A stretch of DNA of 64,000 bases from an uncultured delta proteobacterium. Its GTDB lineage: Bacteria; Myxococcota_A; Polyangia; Haliangiales; Haliangiaceae. The notes beneath the pieces were generated by a model. It was not told the origin of the DNA and did not search any database. It was given only the letters and a program-made list of their open reading frames with translations. The position numbers were made by a program, and so were the translations under genes. Positions 30,590 to 40,470 of the stretch are shown piece by piece. The first letter of the stretch is position 1; every line of letters begins with the position of its first letter. Location: contig CAWKDB010000010.1 in the NCBI GenBank assembly GCA_963848295.1, positions 3,744,001-3,808,000 of the forward strand, written 5' to 3'.

Positions 30590-31324
30590 GTGCTGCGTAG
30601 CGTTCGGTTCGCCAAGCGGGCGATCGACGTCCTGGGGGCTGCGGTCGGGTTGGCGATAACCGCGCCGTTGATGCCGATCATCGCGGCGGCGATCTACGTC
30701 GACTCGCCGGGGCCGGTGTTCTATCGCCAGCGCCGCGCCGGCAGCCTGCGCGCGGTCTCGCATCAGAACGGCGTGCGCAAGCTGCACTTCGACGAGTTCA
30801 CGATGCACAAGTTCCGCACGATGCAGATCGACGCGGAGGCGAAGACCGGGGTCGTCGTCGCCGGCGCCGGCGATCCGCGCGTCACCCGTGTCGGCCGGTT
30901 CTTGCGCAAGTCGCGCCTAGACGAGCTCCCGCAGTTCTGGGACGTGTTGCGCGGCAAGATGAGCATCGTCGGTCCGAGGCCGGAGCGGCCCGAGTTGCTG
31001 CAAGATCTGTCGTACGCGATCCCGCTGTTCGAAGAGCGGATGCGCGATGTCAAGCCAGGTATCACCGGGCTCGCGCAGATCTCGCTCGGCTACACCGGCT
31101 CGATCCCCGAGGGCAGCGAGATCGGCAAGCTCGCCGCGACGCTCCAGAACCCGTGGCAGCTCGACGAAGCCAAGGGCTCGCTCGCCGACGACATGCGGAT
31201 CAAGTTGCTCTACGACCTCGCGTACACCGCGTCGCTCGAGCGATTCGACACGTTCTTGCGCACAGAGCTCGACATCATCGTCAAGACACCGCTCGTCATG
31301 CTGAAGATGACCTCCGGGCGCTGA
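30590..31324 (+). CDS. bacterial sugar transferase (polyprenyl-phosphate hexose-1-phosphate transferase catalytic domain)
   Basis: KRAIDV, SPGPVFYRQ, KFRTM, DPRVTRVGRFLRKSRLDELPQ, MSIVGPRPE, KPGITGLAQ. Confidence 0.95.
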   Translation: MLRSVRFAKRAIDVLGAAVGLAITAPLMPIIAAAIYVDSPGPVFYRQRRAGSLRAVSHQNGVRKLHFDEFTMHKFRTMQIDAEAKTGVVVAGAGDPRVTRVGRFLRKSRLDELPQFWDVLRGKMSIVGPRPERPELLQDLSYAIPLFEERMRDVKPGITGLAQISLGYTGSIPEGSEIGKLAATLQNPWQLDEAKGSLADDMRIKLLYDLAYTASLERFDTFLRTELDIIVKTPLVMLKMTSGR

Positions 31325-31343
31325 TCACGCTTACCATCGTGGG

Positions 31344-33230
31344 ATGGATCCGGATCCGAAATCCAAGCCCGCAGATGTCGAGTCTGCGGCGACCCAAAAC
31401 GCCGCGAGTGCACCGACGGTATTGCCGACCGATACGCCGACCCTCGCTGACACGACCGGTGTATCAGGGCCCGGGGCTGGAGCGAGCATGCCGGCGACCG
31501 CGCGTTACCAGCTCGGCGAGGTGCTCGGCCGCGGCGGGATGGGCGAGGTGGTTTCGGCTCACGATTCGCAGATCGGCAGATCGGTCGCGATCAAGCGGAT
31601 GCGGTCCGAGCATGCCGATCCGAGCGCGGTCGCGCGGTTTCTCCGCGAGGCGCAGATCCAGGGCAAGCTCGAGCATCCCGCGGTCGTGCCGGTGCACGAG
31701 CTGTGGCGCGACGAGCGCGGTCAGCCGTCCTTCGTGATGAAGCAGCTCGCCGGCGTCACGCTCGGCGACGTGCTGGCCAAGCTCACTGCGAATGACCCTG
31801 TCGCAGTCAAGGAGTATCCGCGGCAACGCTTGCTGCGCGCGTTTGCTGACGTGTGTCTCGCGATCGAGTTCGCACACACGCGCGGCGTCGTACACCGCGA
31901 TCTCAAACCGGCCAACATCGTGATCGGCGACTTCGGCGAGGTCTACGTGCTCGATTGGGGCATCGCCAGGATCGTCGGCAGCCGCGAGCGCGATGAGGCT
32001 GCGCGCCGCAACTTCGACGATGTCGCGGAGCTCGATACCGGTTCGCACGCCACGGTCGCAGGTGCGATGCTCGGCACCCCCGGCTACATGGCGCCGGAGC
32101 AAATCCGCGGCGACACCGACCTCGACGGTCGCGCCGACGTCTACGCGCTCGGCTGCATGTTGTTCGAGATCCTCGCGCTCGCGCCGCTCCACCCGCGCGG
32201 AACGGAAGGCCTCGCATCGACGCTCGCGGGTGTCTCTGTGCGGCCTTCGATCGTCGCGCCCGAACGCGAGATCGCGCCGGAGCTCGACGCGATCTGCCTC
32301 GCGGCGACGATGTTCGAGCGCAACGATCGCTACGCGACGGCGCGCGAGATCGGCGAAGGCGTGCAACGCTTTCTCGATGGCGACCGCGACCTGGCGATGC
32401 GCCGCGAGATCGTGCGGACCGAGATGGCCGTCGCGCACGCCGCACTCGCGAAGGGTAACCGCGAGAACGAGCGACGCATCGCGATCCGCGCCGCCGCGCG
32501 AGCGCTCGCCCTCGATCCGACCGATCGAGATCCGGCCGATCTCGTCGCGCGCTTGATGCTCGAGCCGCCGGACGAAGTGCCCCCCGAAGTCGAGAAGGCG
32601 CTCATCGCACTCGATCTCGCTGCGCTCGTTAACGAGCGCCCGTTGCTCGCGATCTCGGCGTTCTCGTTCATCGCGTTCATGCCGGTGTTCTTGTGGGCCG
32701 GGATTCACGCGTGGTGGTTGCTCGGTGTTGGCGCCGCGCTCGCCGTAGGGATCGGCTTGATATCGGTGCTCCCGCCGCGCGAAAACATGTTTGCCGTCAG
32801 TCGTGTGGTGATCGTCGGCTGGTTCGGGCTCGTCGCGGTGTTCGCGTTGCTCATCGCACCGCCGTTGATCGCGCCCGGATTGGGCGTCGTGGTGGCGATG
32901 GCGGCCGCCACCCACCGGCGCGTCGCTCCTGGCTGGATGCTGGTCCTAGCGTGCACCGCTGCGGTGCTCGTCCCGTGGTTGCTCGGCGACCTCGGCGTGA
33001 TCGACAACCGAATCCACATCGTCAGCAACACGTTCGTGATGGACGCTCCGACCGATCACCTCAATGCGATCGGCGCGAAGGTCGGCCTCATGCTCTACAC
33101 CCCCGCGATGGCGACGCTCGCGGTATCGATCGCGAGCCAGCTCGCGCGCGACCGGCGCAACGCGCAGCGCACGACGCAGATCCAAGCCTGGCAGCTGCGC
33201 CAGCTCGTGCCGCGCCCGACCGAAGAGTAA
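31344..33230 (+). CDS. Hanks-type Ser/Thr protein kinase with C-terminal multi-TM domain
   Basis: GRGGMG, VAIK, HRDLKPAN, DWG, GTPGYMAPE; about 6 hydrophobic segments at the C-terminus. Confidence 0.95.
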   Translation: MDPDPKSKPADVESAATQNAASAPTVLPTDTPTLADTTGVSGPGAGASMPATARYQLGEVLGRGGMGEVVSAHDSQIGRSVAIKRMRSEHADPSAVARFLREAQIQGKLEHPAVVPVHELWRDERGQPSFVMKQLAGVTLGDVLAKLTANDPVAVKEYPRQRLLRAFADVCLAIEFAHTRGVVHRDLKPANIVIGDFGEVYVLDWGIARIVGSRERDEAARRNFDDVAELDTGSHATVAGAMLGTPGYMAPEQIRGDTDLDGRADVYALGCMLFEILALAPLHPRGTEGLASTLAGVSVRPSIVAPEREIAPELDAICLAATMFERNDRYATAREIGEGVQRFLDGDRDLAMRREIVRTEMAVAHAALAKGNRENERRIAIRAAARALALDPTDRDPADLVARLMLEPPDEVPPEVEKALIALDLAALVNERPLLAISAFSFIAFMPVFLWAGIHAWWLLGVGAALAVGIGLISVLPPRENMFAVSRVVIVGWFGLVAVFALLIAPPLIAPGLGVVVAMAAATHRRVAPGWMLVLACTAAVLVPWLLGDLGVIDNRIHIVSNTFVMDAPTDHLNAIGAKVGLMLYTPAMATLAVSIASQLARDRRNAQRTTQIQAWQLRQLVPRPTEE

Positions 33231-33235
33231 GGCGC

Positions 33236-34132
33236 TCAATCGATGCGATCGCCGGGCGGGCGGACGAACAAGTGGCGCACCGGCGGGGTCGCGGCATCGC
33301 GCAGCGTCGGTGGCTCGATCAGCGCGTCCTTCGCGTCGATCCGCACCGGCTCGGGAGTCGCGAACACGCCGAGCTTGGTGACCTTCGCGAATCGCGCGGC
33401 GAGGGCTTGATAGGGCGCGCGCGAGGTCTTGACCCAACTCGCGATCGCGCCCGAGCCGCCGTAGCTCGTAACCGCGGTGCCGACCTTGTCGACGATCGTT
33501 TGCGGCAGCTTGCTGCCGACCGCGACGAACGCGGGGTTCGGGACCGAGCCGGTGTCGAACACTTTGGTCAAGCCATGCGCCGATGCGACGGGTGCGAACA
33601 CGGCGTCCGCCGCCTTGTACGACGCGACCTCGGAGATCGCCGCCGCGAGATCCGGCTTGCCGACGCGCGCGCCGAAGAACCCGGTGCCGACCTCGGACTC
33701 GAGCATCGCGTTGTCGATGAACCCGGCGTCGTCGCAGCCGGTCTGGATGAACGCGAGCTTCTTGCCTTCGAGCGCATGCATGTCGCCGCCTGCCGCCGAG
33801 AACAGCGCCCATGGCCGACTCGTCCCGCCGCCGACGTTAGCGGCCGCGAGCAGGTGCCAACTCGGGTTCGTAACGACACACGGCGCGTCGACGATGGCGA
33901 AGTCGACATGGTCTTTCTCGAGCGCGGCGATCGTCGCGTACGACTGCGCCTCGGTCTTGATCCCGGTGTTCTGCTCGATCGCTCTGGCGAGGCCTTGGAC
34001 GTACGTGAGGCGCGCTTGCGCCGTGCCGAAGTCGATCGATGGCGCGTAGATCCCGACGACGAGCCTCGCAGGCGCTTGCTGCGCATGGGCGGTCGCGGCG
34101 AGCGCGCACACGATGAGCAGCGCGCGGCTCAT
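33236..34132 (-). CDS. PhnD/SsuA-like periplasmic substrate-binding-fold protein
   Basis: Signal peptide ending AHA-Q; LARAIEQNTG..VDFAIVD..LEGKKLAF..VPNPAFV; ATGA overlap with the upstream gene. Confidence 0.65.
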   Translation of the reverse strand: MSRALLIVCALAATAHAQQAPARLVVGIYAPSIDFGTAQARLTYVQGLARAIEQNTGIKTEAQSYATIAALEKDHVDFAIVDAPCVVTNPSWHLLAAANVGGGTSRPWALFSAAGGDMHALEGKKLAFIQTGCDDAGFIDNAMLESEVGTGFFGARVGKPDLAAAISEVASYKAADAVFAPVASAHGLTKVFDTGSVPNPAFVAVGSKLPQTIVDKVGTAVTSYGGSGAIASWVKTSRAPYQALAARFAKVTKLGVFATPEPVRIDAKDALIEPPTLRDAATPPVRHLFVRPPGDRID

Positions 34133-36633
34133 AGCCCGTAGATCCTCTTCTTGGCGTCGATCCACTTCTGGAGATCTCGGGTGGTCACGCCTCGCGCGCG
34201 CGCCCGTTGCCATGCGTCGTACGCGTCTTTCGTGCGACCGAGCTCGTCGTAGACGATGCCGAGATCGACGAGCGACTCCGGCGGATTGCCGGCCATTGCC
34301 TCGAGCGCGTTCAGCTTGTCCTTACCGAGCGCGAGCGTCGTGCGATCGAGCGCGATCCGGCGCTTGGCCTCGCCTGCGGCGGTCTTGTCGGCGGCCGAGA
34401 GCGCCTTGCTCGCCTCGGCGCGGTTGCCGGCTCTCCACGCGTCGGCCGCGACGAGCTCCCAGCACGAGCTCGCGAGCTCGCGCCCCTTCGCACCGAGGTC
34501 GCCTTGGAGCTTGGTCAGCTCGACGCAGGCGCGCTCGCGCGCGACCCCGGTCTGCGTGCGATACGCGGCATACGCGGTGAACAGCTGAGCGCCGACCTTC
34601 GCGTACGGCCCGGTGAGGTACGAGGCTTGATTGCCGCGCGTCGCGAGTGACTTGAACAAGCGCTCGGCTTCCTGCGAGCGGCCGGTGTCGAGCAAGGCGA
34701 CCGCGTACGAGAAGTCGAAGGCGAACGGCTCGGTCGCTCTGAGCACCGACGGGTCTCGGGTGGCGCGCTCGAAATCGCCCGCGGCTTCGGTCGCTTTGCC
34801 CTCGCGCAGCTCGCGCCAACCTCGGCGATACAACGCGATCGCGAGGTTGCGCTTCGCAGCCGGTCCGACCTCGGGATCCTGAGCCGCGATCGCGACCGCC
34901 GCGTCGAGCTTCTCGATCGCGGCAGCGAGCTCGGTGTCCCATTCGAGCGGCGCCCACTCGGTGTAGATCTCGGCGAGCGCGAGCTGAGCGTGCGCGCGCT
35001 TCGCCTCCTTCTCGGCAGCGGCGTACGCGAGCGCGGCGCGCTTCACATCGGGCTTGGTCTGGCACGTGTACGTGCGAGCGAGCAGCCGCGCGACGAGCAC
35101 CGAGTCGCTGCCGCGCACGCCCTTGAGCCGGATCAGATGCTTCTGTGCAGAGTCACAATCGCCGCGATCGAGCGCGAGCACCGCGAGGTTCGTCATCGTG
35201 ATCGCCGAGCCGGTGTCGAGCGCGAGCGCTTGCTCGAGCAGGGCCTGCGCGGCCTTGGAGTCCTTGGTCTCGAACGCTTGCTCGTTGATCGTCTGGACGA
35301 GCTCGCGCTGGACCTGGACGTCGCCGGGGCGCAGCTCGCGCGCCGCTTCGAACCGCTCGCGTGCCTCGCGCAAGTCGTGACGGTCGAACTGTGCCTTGCC
35401 CGCGATCACGAGCAGCGCGGCGCGTTGATCCTTCGGCGCCTTCGGGACCTCATCGGCGTTGCCGGTCAGCAGCTTGTCGGCAAGCGCCGCGGCTTTCCCG
35501 TCCTGGCGCGACTCGAGATATGCATCGCCGAGCTCGATCGCGATCTCGAGGCTGTTGGGATTCGCCGCGAGGCCCGCGGTGAGCTTGTCGATCGCCAGCG
35601 CGAGATTGGTGCCGCCCGCCGCCGCGGGCAACCGTCGATAGGTCTTGCCGAGCTTGATCGTCAGCTGGATCTGGTCGCGTTGCTGCGCCGGCTTGACGAG
35701 CTTCTCGGCGCGTAGATATTGATCGAGCGCGTTCGGCCAGTCGCGATCGGCGAAGTACGCGTCTCCGACGAGCTCGTAACCCCGCGCCTCGGTCTTGCGC
35801 AGCTCGACGAACCTCCCCGCGGCGGCGCGCGCTTGCTTCGTGCGATCGCGCGCGAGGTACGCGGTCGCGAGGTTGAACCACGCCGAGCCCGTCGGGTCGA
35901 CGCGCTTCGGGTCCGCGGTGATGCGCTCGCACACGGTCTCGGCTTGATCCCAGCGCGCGAGGCCGGCGTACGCGGCGCACAATCCGTTGTCGCCGTTCGT
36001 CTTCGCATTGGGCTTCTTGCCGAGCTTGCGCTCGACGAACTCGAACTGCTCCGCCGCCTTGAGGTATAGCGCGTGGGCCCTGGCATCGTCGGCGCCAGCC
36101 GCGGCGCGCGCGTTCGCGAGATCGGCGAACCCCAATCGGACGCGCGGCAGCACGTCGGTGGGTTCGAGCTCGGCGGGTCGATGCGCGAGGTACTGTTCGT
36201 ACGCGGCCTCGGTCTTGATCGGGTCGCGCGTCGAGTAGAACTCGCCGAGCAGCTTCTGATTCGAGAACGTCTCGGGCCGCAAGCCGACGACTTTCTCGGC
36301 GACCTTCGCCGCATCCTCGCGCCGGTCGGTCTCCCACAACAGCAGCGCTTCTTGCTCCATCACCTCCGGCGCGTTCGGCCAGCGCGCTTCGGCCTTCGCG
36401 ACGAAGTCCAGGCCGCCCTTGAGGTCTTTGAGGATGATGTAGATCGCGGCCCGCTTGCCGTACGCCTGAGGCGTGACCTGTCCGGGTGCCTTCGCGATCG
36501 CGCGATCGTAGGCGAATGCGGCGCGGCGCCAGTCGCCCTCTTCGAAGTACTTGTCGCCGTCGCGCAGGTCATCTTCGACCGCTGCGTGCGCCGCGGTGGC
36601 GGCAAGCAGCATCGCGACGACGAGAGCTCTCAC
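34129..36633 (-). CDS. exported TPR protein
   Basis: Signal peptide [17 protein letters not shown]; many TPR units; GTGA overlap with the upstream gene. Confidence 0.85.
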   Translation of the reverse strand: MRALVVAMLLAATAAHAAVEDDLRDGDKYFEEGDWRRAAFAYDRAIAKAPGQVTPQAYGKRAAIYIILKDLKGGLDFVAKAEARWPNAPEVMEQEALLLWETDRREDAAKVAEKVVGLRPETFSNQKLLGEFYSTRDPIKTEAAYEQYLAHRPAELEPTDVLPRVRLGFADLANARAAAGADDARAHALYLKAAEQFEFVERKLGKKPNAKTNGDNGLCAAYAGLARWDQAETVCERITADPKRVDPTGSAWFNLATAYLARDRTKQARAAAGRFVELRKTEARGYELVGDAYFADRDWPNALDQYLRAEKLVKPAQQRDQIQLTIKLGKTYRRLPAAAGGTNLALAIDKLTAGLAANPNSLEIAIELGDAYLESRQDGKAAALADKLLTGNADEVPKAPKDQRAALLVIAGKAQFDRHDLREARERFEAARELRPGDVQVQRELVQTINEQAFETKDSKAAQALLEQALALDTGSAITMTNLAVLALDRGDCDSAQKHLIRLKGVRGSDSVLVARLLARTYTCQTKPDVKRAALAYAAAEKEAKRAHAQLALAEIYTEWAPLEWDTELAAAIEKLDAAVAIAAQDPEVGPAAKRNLAIALYRRGWRELREGKATEAAGDFERATRDPSVLRATEPFAFDFSYAVALLDTGRSQEAERLFKSLATRGNQASYLTGPYAKVGAQLFTAYAAYRTQTGVARERACVELTKLQGDLGAKGRELASSCWELVAADAWRAGNRAEASKALSAADKTAAGEAKRRIALDRTTLALGKDKLNALEAMAGNPPESLVDLGIVYDELGRTKDAYDAWQRARARGVTTRDLQKWIDAKKRIYGL

Positions 36634-38333
36634 CCGAGCTTCCCGATCACCATCGTGATGTCGTCGCGGCGCGGCGTCTCACCGTAGTATTCGGCGGCGT
36701 CGCTCACGATCGCATCGCGAAGCTCGGGAGGTTCCAGGAAGGCCGACTTGCGCACCGACGCTCGGAATCGACGCTCGCCGTACTCCTCGTTGCCGGAGTT
36801 CTCGCACTCGACGATGCCATCCGTGTACCAGACGAGGAGGTCGCCGCTCAGCAGCTCGGTCGTCTTTGCTTCGTACTTCGAGTTCGGGTCGTCGCCGAGC
36901 CGGTTACCGCGGATCATCAGCGAGCCGAACTCGCCCTTGCCGTCGCTCGCGCGATAGAGGTACGGGAAGTTGTGGCCGGCGTTCGCGTAGGTGATCGTCT
37001 TCTTCTTCGTATCGATGATCGACGCGAAGCAGGTCATGACGAACTTGCGTTGCGCGCTCTCGTAGATCGCGTAGTTCATGATCTCGAGGAGTCGCGTGAC
37101 CGTGACTTCGTCGTTGTACAGGTGGCGCGCGACGTCGCATGCGGCCTTCGCGGCGGCGGTCAGCATCGCGGATGGCACGCCGTGGCCGGTGACGTCGCCG
37201 ATCACGATCAAGATCTTGCCGGACGCGAGCTCGCTCCAGGTCCACCAATCGCCGCCGGTTTGAGCGGCCGGGAGATAGTAGCCGGCGAACGTCAGCGGAC
37301 CGAACGTCACCGGGTCCGGGCTCGGGACGAGCGTCTCCTGGATCGTCTTGGCGACCTCGAGCTCTTGCTCGATCTTCGCCTTCTCGGCGGTCTGCTGGAG
37401 CAAGACGTTGATCTGGTCGGCCATGAAGTTGAAGCTGTCGCCGAGCTGCCCCAGCTCGTCGCCGCTCTTGACCTCGACGCGCGCATCGAGATCGCCGCGC
37501 GCGATCTGATCGGCTTTCCACGCGAGCAGCTTGATCGGTCGCGAGATCGCGAGGCCCTGAAAGATCGCGAGCACGACCCCGATCAACACGAACAGGCCGC
37601 CGATCGCGCCCGCGTAGATCGCCGCCTTGGTCGACGCTTCGGACTTCTTTGCCGACGCGGCCTCGATGAACCACTGGACTGGTGAGAGGTCGTAGCCGAG
37701 CACGACGTAGCCGAGCCGCGCCGCCGGCGGGTCGACCGCGACCGCACCTGCAGGCGTCGCCGGTTCGCCGACGAACACCGCGTACGCGAACATCCGGTAG
37801 GTCGAGCCGCCGGAGGTCAGCTCGTACTGGACCATAGGGCCGCCGCCGTTCTTGCTCGCGCTCCACGTCGCGAGCGCTTTCTTCCAGCTCTCCATCGTGA
37901 GCTCGCCGAGCGCGGGGGTCAGAGGCTCGTGATTGCCCTCGGTGCACTCGAGGTCCTTCGCCTCGAAGCAGTGCGCGACGACGTTTTGGTGCAGATCGAG
38001 CACGTACGCGAGCCGAAGCCCGTAGTCCTTCTTGCCGTTCGGGCCGTCCTTCGTGTCTTGCGTGACCGCCGCTTGGACCAGCGAGAGGATGTCGGCGTCG
38101 CGACCGCGGTCGATCAGCAGTTGCTCGACGGCGCGCGCGAACAACGGCGTGCCCAACGCACCGAGCGTCTCGCGGTCGCGCTTGAACAGATCGACCTGCT
38201 GTTGGGCAGCGTCGTCGTACGCATGGCGGATGTTGTTGACGTGCATGATCACGTCACCGACCGCGATCGCTGCAATCAGCAACGTCGTGGTCAAGATCAT
38301 CTTGACCGAGATGCTCAGACCTCCCTTGGCCAT
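36630..38333 (-). CDS. membrane sensor HAMP-PP2C (SpoIIE/RsbU-family) Ser phosphatase
   Basis: TM-periplasmic-TM-HAMP ([13 protein letters not shown]); GGDWW, GDVTGHG, NAGH, YTDG, DDIT. Confidence 0.93.
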   Translation of the reverse strand: MAKGGLSISVKMILTTTLLIAAIAVGDVIMHVNNIRHAYDDAAQQQVDLFKRDRETLGALGTPLFARAVEQLLIDRGRDADILSLVQAAVTQDTKDGPNGKKDYGLRLAYVLDLHQNVVAHCFEAKDLECTEGNHEPLTPALGELTMESWKKALATWSASKNGGGPMVQYELTSGGSTYRMFAYAVFVGEPATPAGAVAVDPPAARLGYVVLGYDLSPVQWFIEAASAKKSEASTKAAIYAGAIGGLFVLIGVVLAIFQGLAISRPIKLLAWKADQIARGDLDARVEVKSGDELGQLGDSFNFMADQINVLLQQTAEKAKIEQELEVAKTIQETLVPSPDPVTFGPLTFAGYYLPAAQTGGDWWTWSELASGKILIVIGDVTGHGVPSAMLTAAAKAACDVARHLYNDEVTVTRLLEIMNYAIYESAQRKFVMTCFASIIDTKKKTITYANAGHNFPYLYRASDGKGEFGSLMIRGNRLGDDPNSKYEAKTTELLSGDLLVWYTDGIVECENSGNEEYGERRFRASVRKSAFLEPPELRDAIVSDAAEYYGETPRRDDITMVIGKLG

Positions 38334-38372
38334 TGCGCCGAGAGTAGCGCAGAACTGGTACGATTTACGCGG

Positions 38373-38933
38373 ATGGACCAGGACTCGCTCGCGCCCGCGC
38401 TCCAGCAGTTCTTGACCGAGTTCAAGCGCGTCGCGAACGCGATCGTCGACAGCTACTTCGTCGTCGACAGCGAGCGCCGGATCGTCGACTTCAACCGGGC
38501 GTTCTTCGCCTTGTTACCGCGCCAGCTCGCCCGCGGCCTCAAGGGCAAGCACTGCTTCGAGATCCTGGAGCTGAACATCTGCCAGCACGAGTGCATCGCC
38601 AAACAATGCTGGGCGAACGACCGCCACGTCCGGCTCGACGAGATCTCCGGAAACATCGCGGGCGAGACCCAGCGGCTGCGGTTCATCTTGTCGGCCGTGC
38701 CGATCACCGACGAGGCCGGCAACCACGTCGGCGCGCTCGAGATCCAGCGCAACGTCACCGACGAGGCGGTCGTCCAGGTGAAGTACCAGGAGATGCTCGA
38801 GACCGAAGCGCGCGAGCGCGAACGCATCGCGAACCAAGTGCGCGCCCGGACCAAGGAGCTGCTCGAGACCAACCAGCTGCTGCTGAAGACCCAGAAGGAG
38901 CTGCTCGCGTACAAGAAGGGCCTCGCGGTCTAG
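38373..38933 (+). CDS. stand-alone PAS domain + coiled-coil protein
   Basis: [49 protein letters not shown]; start ATG 38373 with TACGAT 8 nt upstream. Confidence 0.82.
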   Translation: MDQDSLAPALQQFLTEFKRVANAIVDSYFVVDSERRIVDFNRAFFALLPRQLARGLKGKHCFEILELNICQHECIAKQCWANDRHVRLDEISGNIAGETQRLRFILSAVPITDEAGNHVGALEIQRNVTDEAVVQVKYQEMLETEARERERIANQVRARTKELLETNQLLLKTQKELLAYKKGLAV

Positions 38934-38939
38934 CAGACG

Positions 38940-40466
38940 ATGCGGGTTCCAGTGGTCCGACCGTTCGCGCTGGTCGTGCTGGTCGCGTGCGCGTCGGCGC
39001 CGAACCTGCCTCTCCGTCCGGATCCGCAGCCGCCTGCGGGGTCGACGACCGAGGTCATCACTGCGCGCGACGGCACGCAGCTGTTGGCGCGGCACTGGGC
39101 CACGGCGGATGCGCCGAAGGCCGTCGTCGTGATCATGCACGGGCTCAAGGACTACTCCGCGCGTTACGCGGAGCTGGCCAACGAGCTCGTCGCGCACGGC
39201 TACGCCGTCTACGCGTTCGACTTGCGCGGCCACGGGCGCTCGGCGGGGCCGCGGGTCGCGCCGGATGACTGGTTCGATTACGTCGACGATCTCGATCGGT
39301 TCCTGACGTCGGTCGAGCAGCGCGAGCCCGGCAAGCCAGTGTTCCTGTTCGGCCACTCGATGGGCGGGCTGATCGCGGGCCTCGCAGCGGAGCGCCATCA
39401 GCCGCGGCTCGCCGGCTTGGTCCTGTCGGGCCCGGCGCTCGCGATCGATGCGCCGCCGCTGTTGATCGCGGGGACGCGGCTGTTCGGCGGACTCGCGCCT
39501 GGCTCGCCGGGGCTGAAGCTGCCGAATAGCGATTTCTCGTCTGATCCGAAAGCCGCCGCCGCGATGGATGCCGATCCGCTCGTGTCGCAAGGTGCGGCCC
39601 CGACGAAGACCGCGGTCGGGTTGATCGACGGGATGCGCGCTTTTTGGGCGGCCGTCGATGCGTTGACGATGCCGCTGCTCGCGCTGCACGGGACCGCTGA
39701 CAAGCTGACCGCGCCGACCGGCAGTCGGCTGCTGGTCGAGCGCGCGCCGACACACGACAAGACCCTCCACATCTACCCGGGGTTCTTTCATGATCTCGTG
39801 CACGAGCCGCGCGGGGCGGAGGTGCGCGGCGACCTTATCGGGTGGCTCGATGCCCACGTCGCAGGTGGCACCGCGATCGCTCCGCTCCCCATGTTCACCG
39901 GTCATCTCGACGGAGATCCGCGGGGCTGGACTCAATCGGTCGCGGTCGCGGTCGGCCTGTCGGGAGCGAATACGAGCGATGCGGCGTTCGCCGGTCGCTT
40001 GGCGGTCGACCTCGCGCGTCCAGCGCCAATCGGCTGGTCGGGCTCGCTGAGTCTGCGCCAGCTCGAGCGCTTCCGCTCGGTCGCACTTCGCCCTGTCGGC
40101 GCTGCGCTTCGCCTCGGCTCGACCGCGATCGGCGGGTCGGTCGGTGCGTCGATCATCGACCGCGAGAACGGCGTCGCCCCGAATCTCCGAGACGGCTACG
40201 CCGCCACCATCGCGCTTGCCGCGGGAGCCTGGCTCGAGCAGCCGCTCGGCCCTGTCCACGTGTCATTGTTTCTCGACGCCGACAAGCCGCGGAATCACGC
40301 AACCTCTCTCGAGGCTGGCCTCGCGCTCCGGCTGATCGGCGACGCCAGCTACTGGCCCGATGCGCGTGCCGGCCTCGGCCCCTTCATCGCAGTCGGCATC
40401 TCGGCGGCCGACGGTGTCACCACGCCCTTTGCGCTCCTCGGCGTCCAGCTCTACGGCGCGGACTGA
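38940..40466 (+). CDS. alpha/beta hydrolase (lysophospholipase/MAG-lipase-like) lipoprotein with extra beta-rich C-terminal domain
   Basis: LVAC lipobox; [28 protein letters not shown]. Confidence 0.88.
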   Translation: MRVPVVRPFALVVLVACASAPNLPLRPDPQPPAGSTTEVITARDGTQLLARHWATADAPKAVVVIMHGLKDYSARYAELANELVAHGYAVYAFDLRGHGRSAGPRVAPDDWFDYVDDLDRFLTSVEQREPGKPVFLFGHSMGGLIAGLAAERHQPRLAGLVLSGPALAIDAPPLLIAGTRLFGGLAPGSPGLKLPNSDFSSDPKAAAAMDADPLVSQGAAPTKTAVGLIDGMRAFWAAVDALTMPLLALHGTADKLTAPTGSRLLVERAPTHDKTLHIYPGFFHDLVHEPRGAEVRGDLIGWLDAHVAGGTAIAPLPMFTGHLDGDPRGWTQSVAVAVGLSGANTSDAAFAGRLAVDLARPAPIGWSGSLSLRQLERFRSVALRPVGAALRLGSTAIGGSVGASIIDRENGVAPNLRDGYAATIALAAGAWLEQPLGPVHVSLFLDADKPRNHATSLEAGLALRLIGDASYWPDARAGLGPFIAVGISAADGVTTPFALLGVQLYGAD

Positions 40467-40470
40467 TTCG

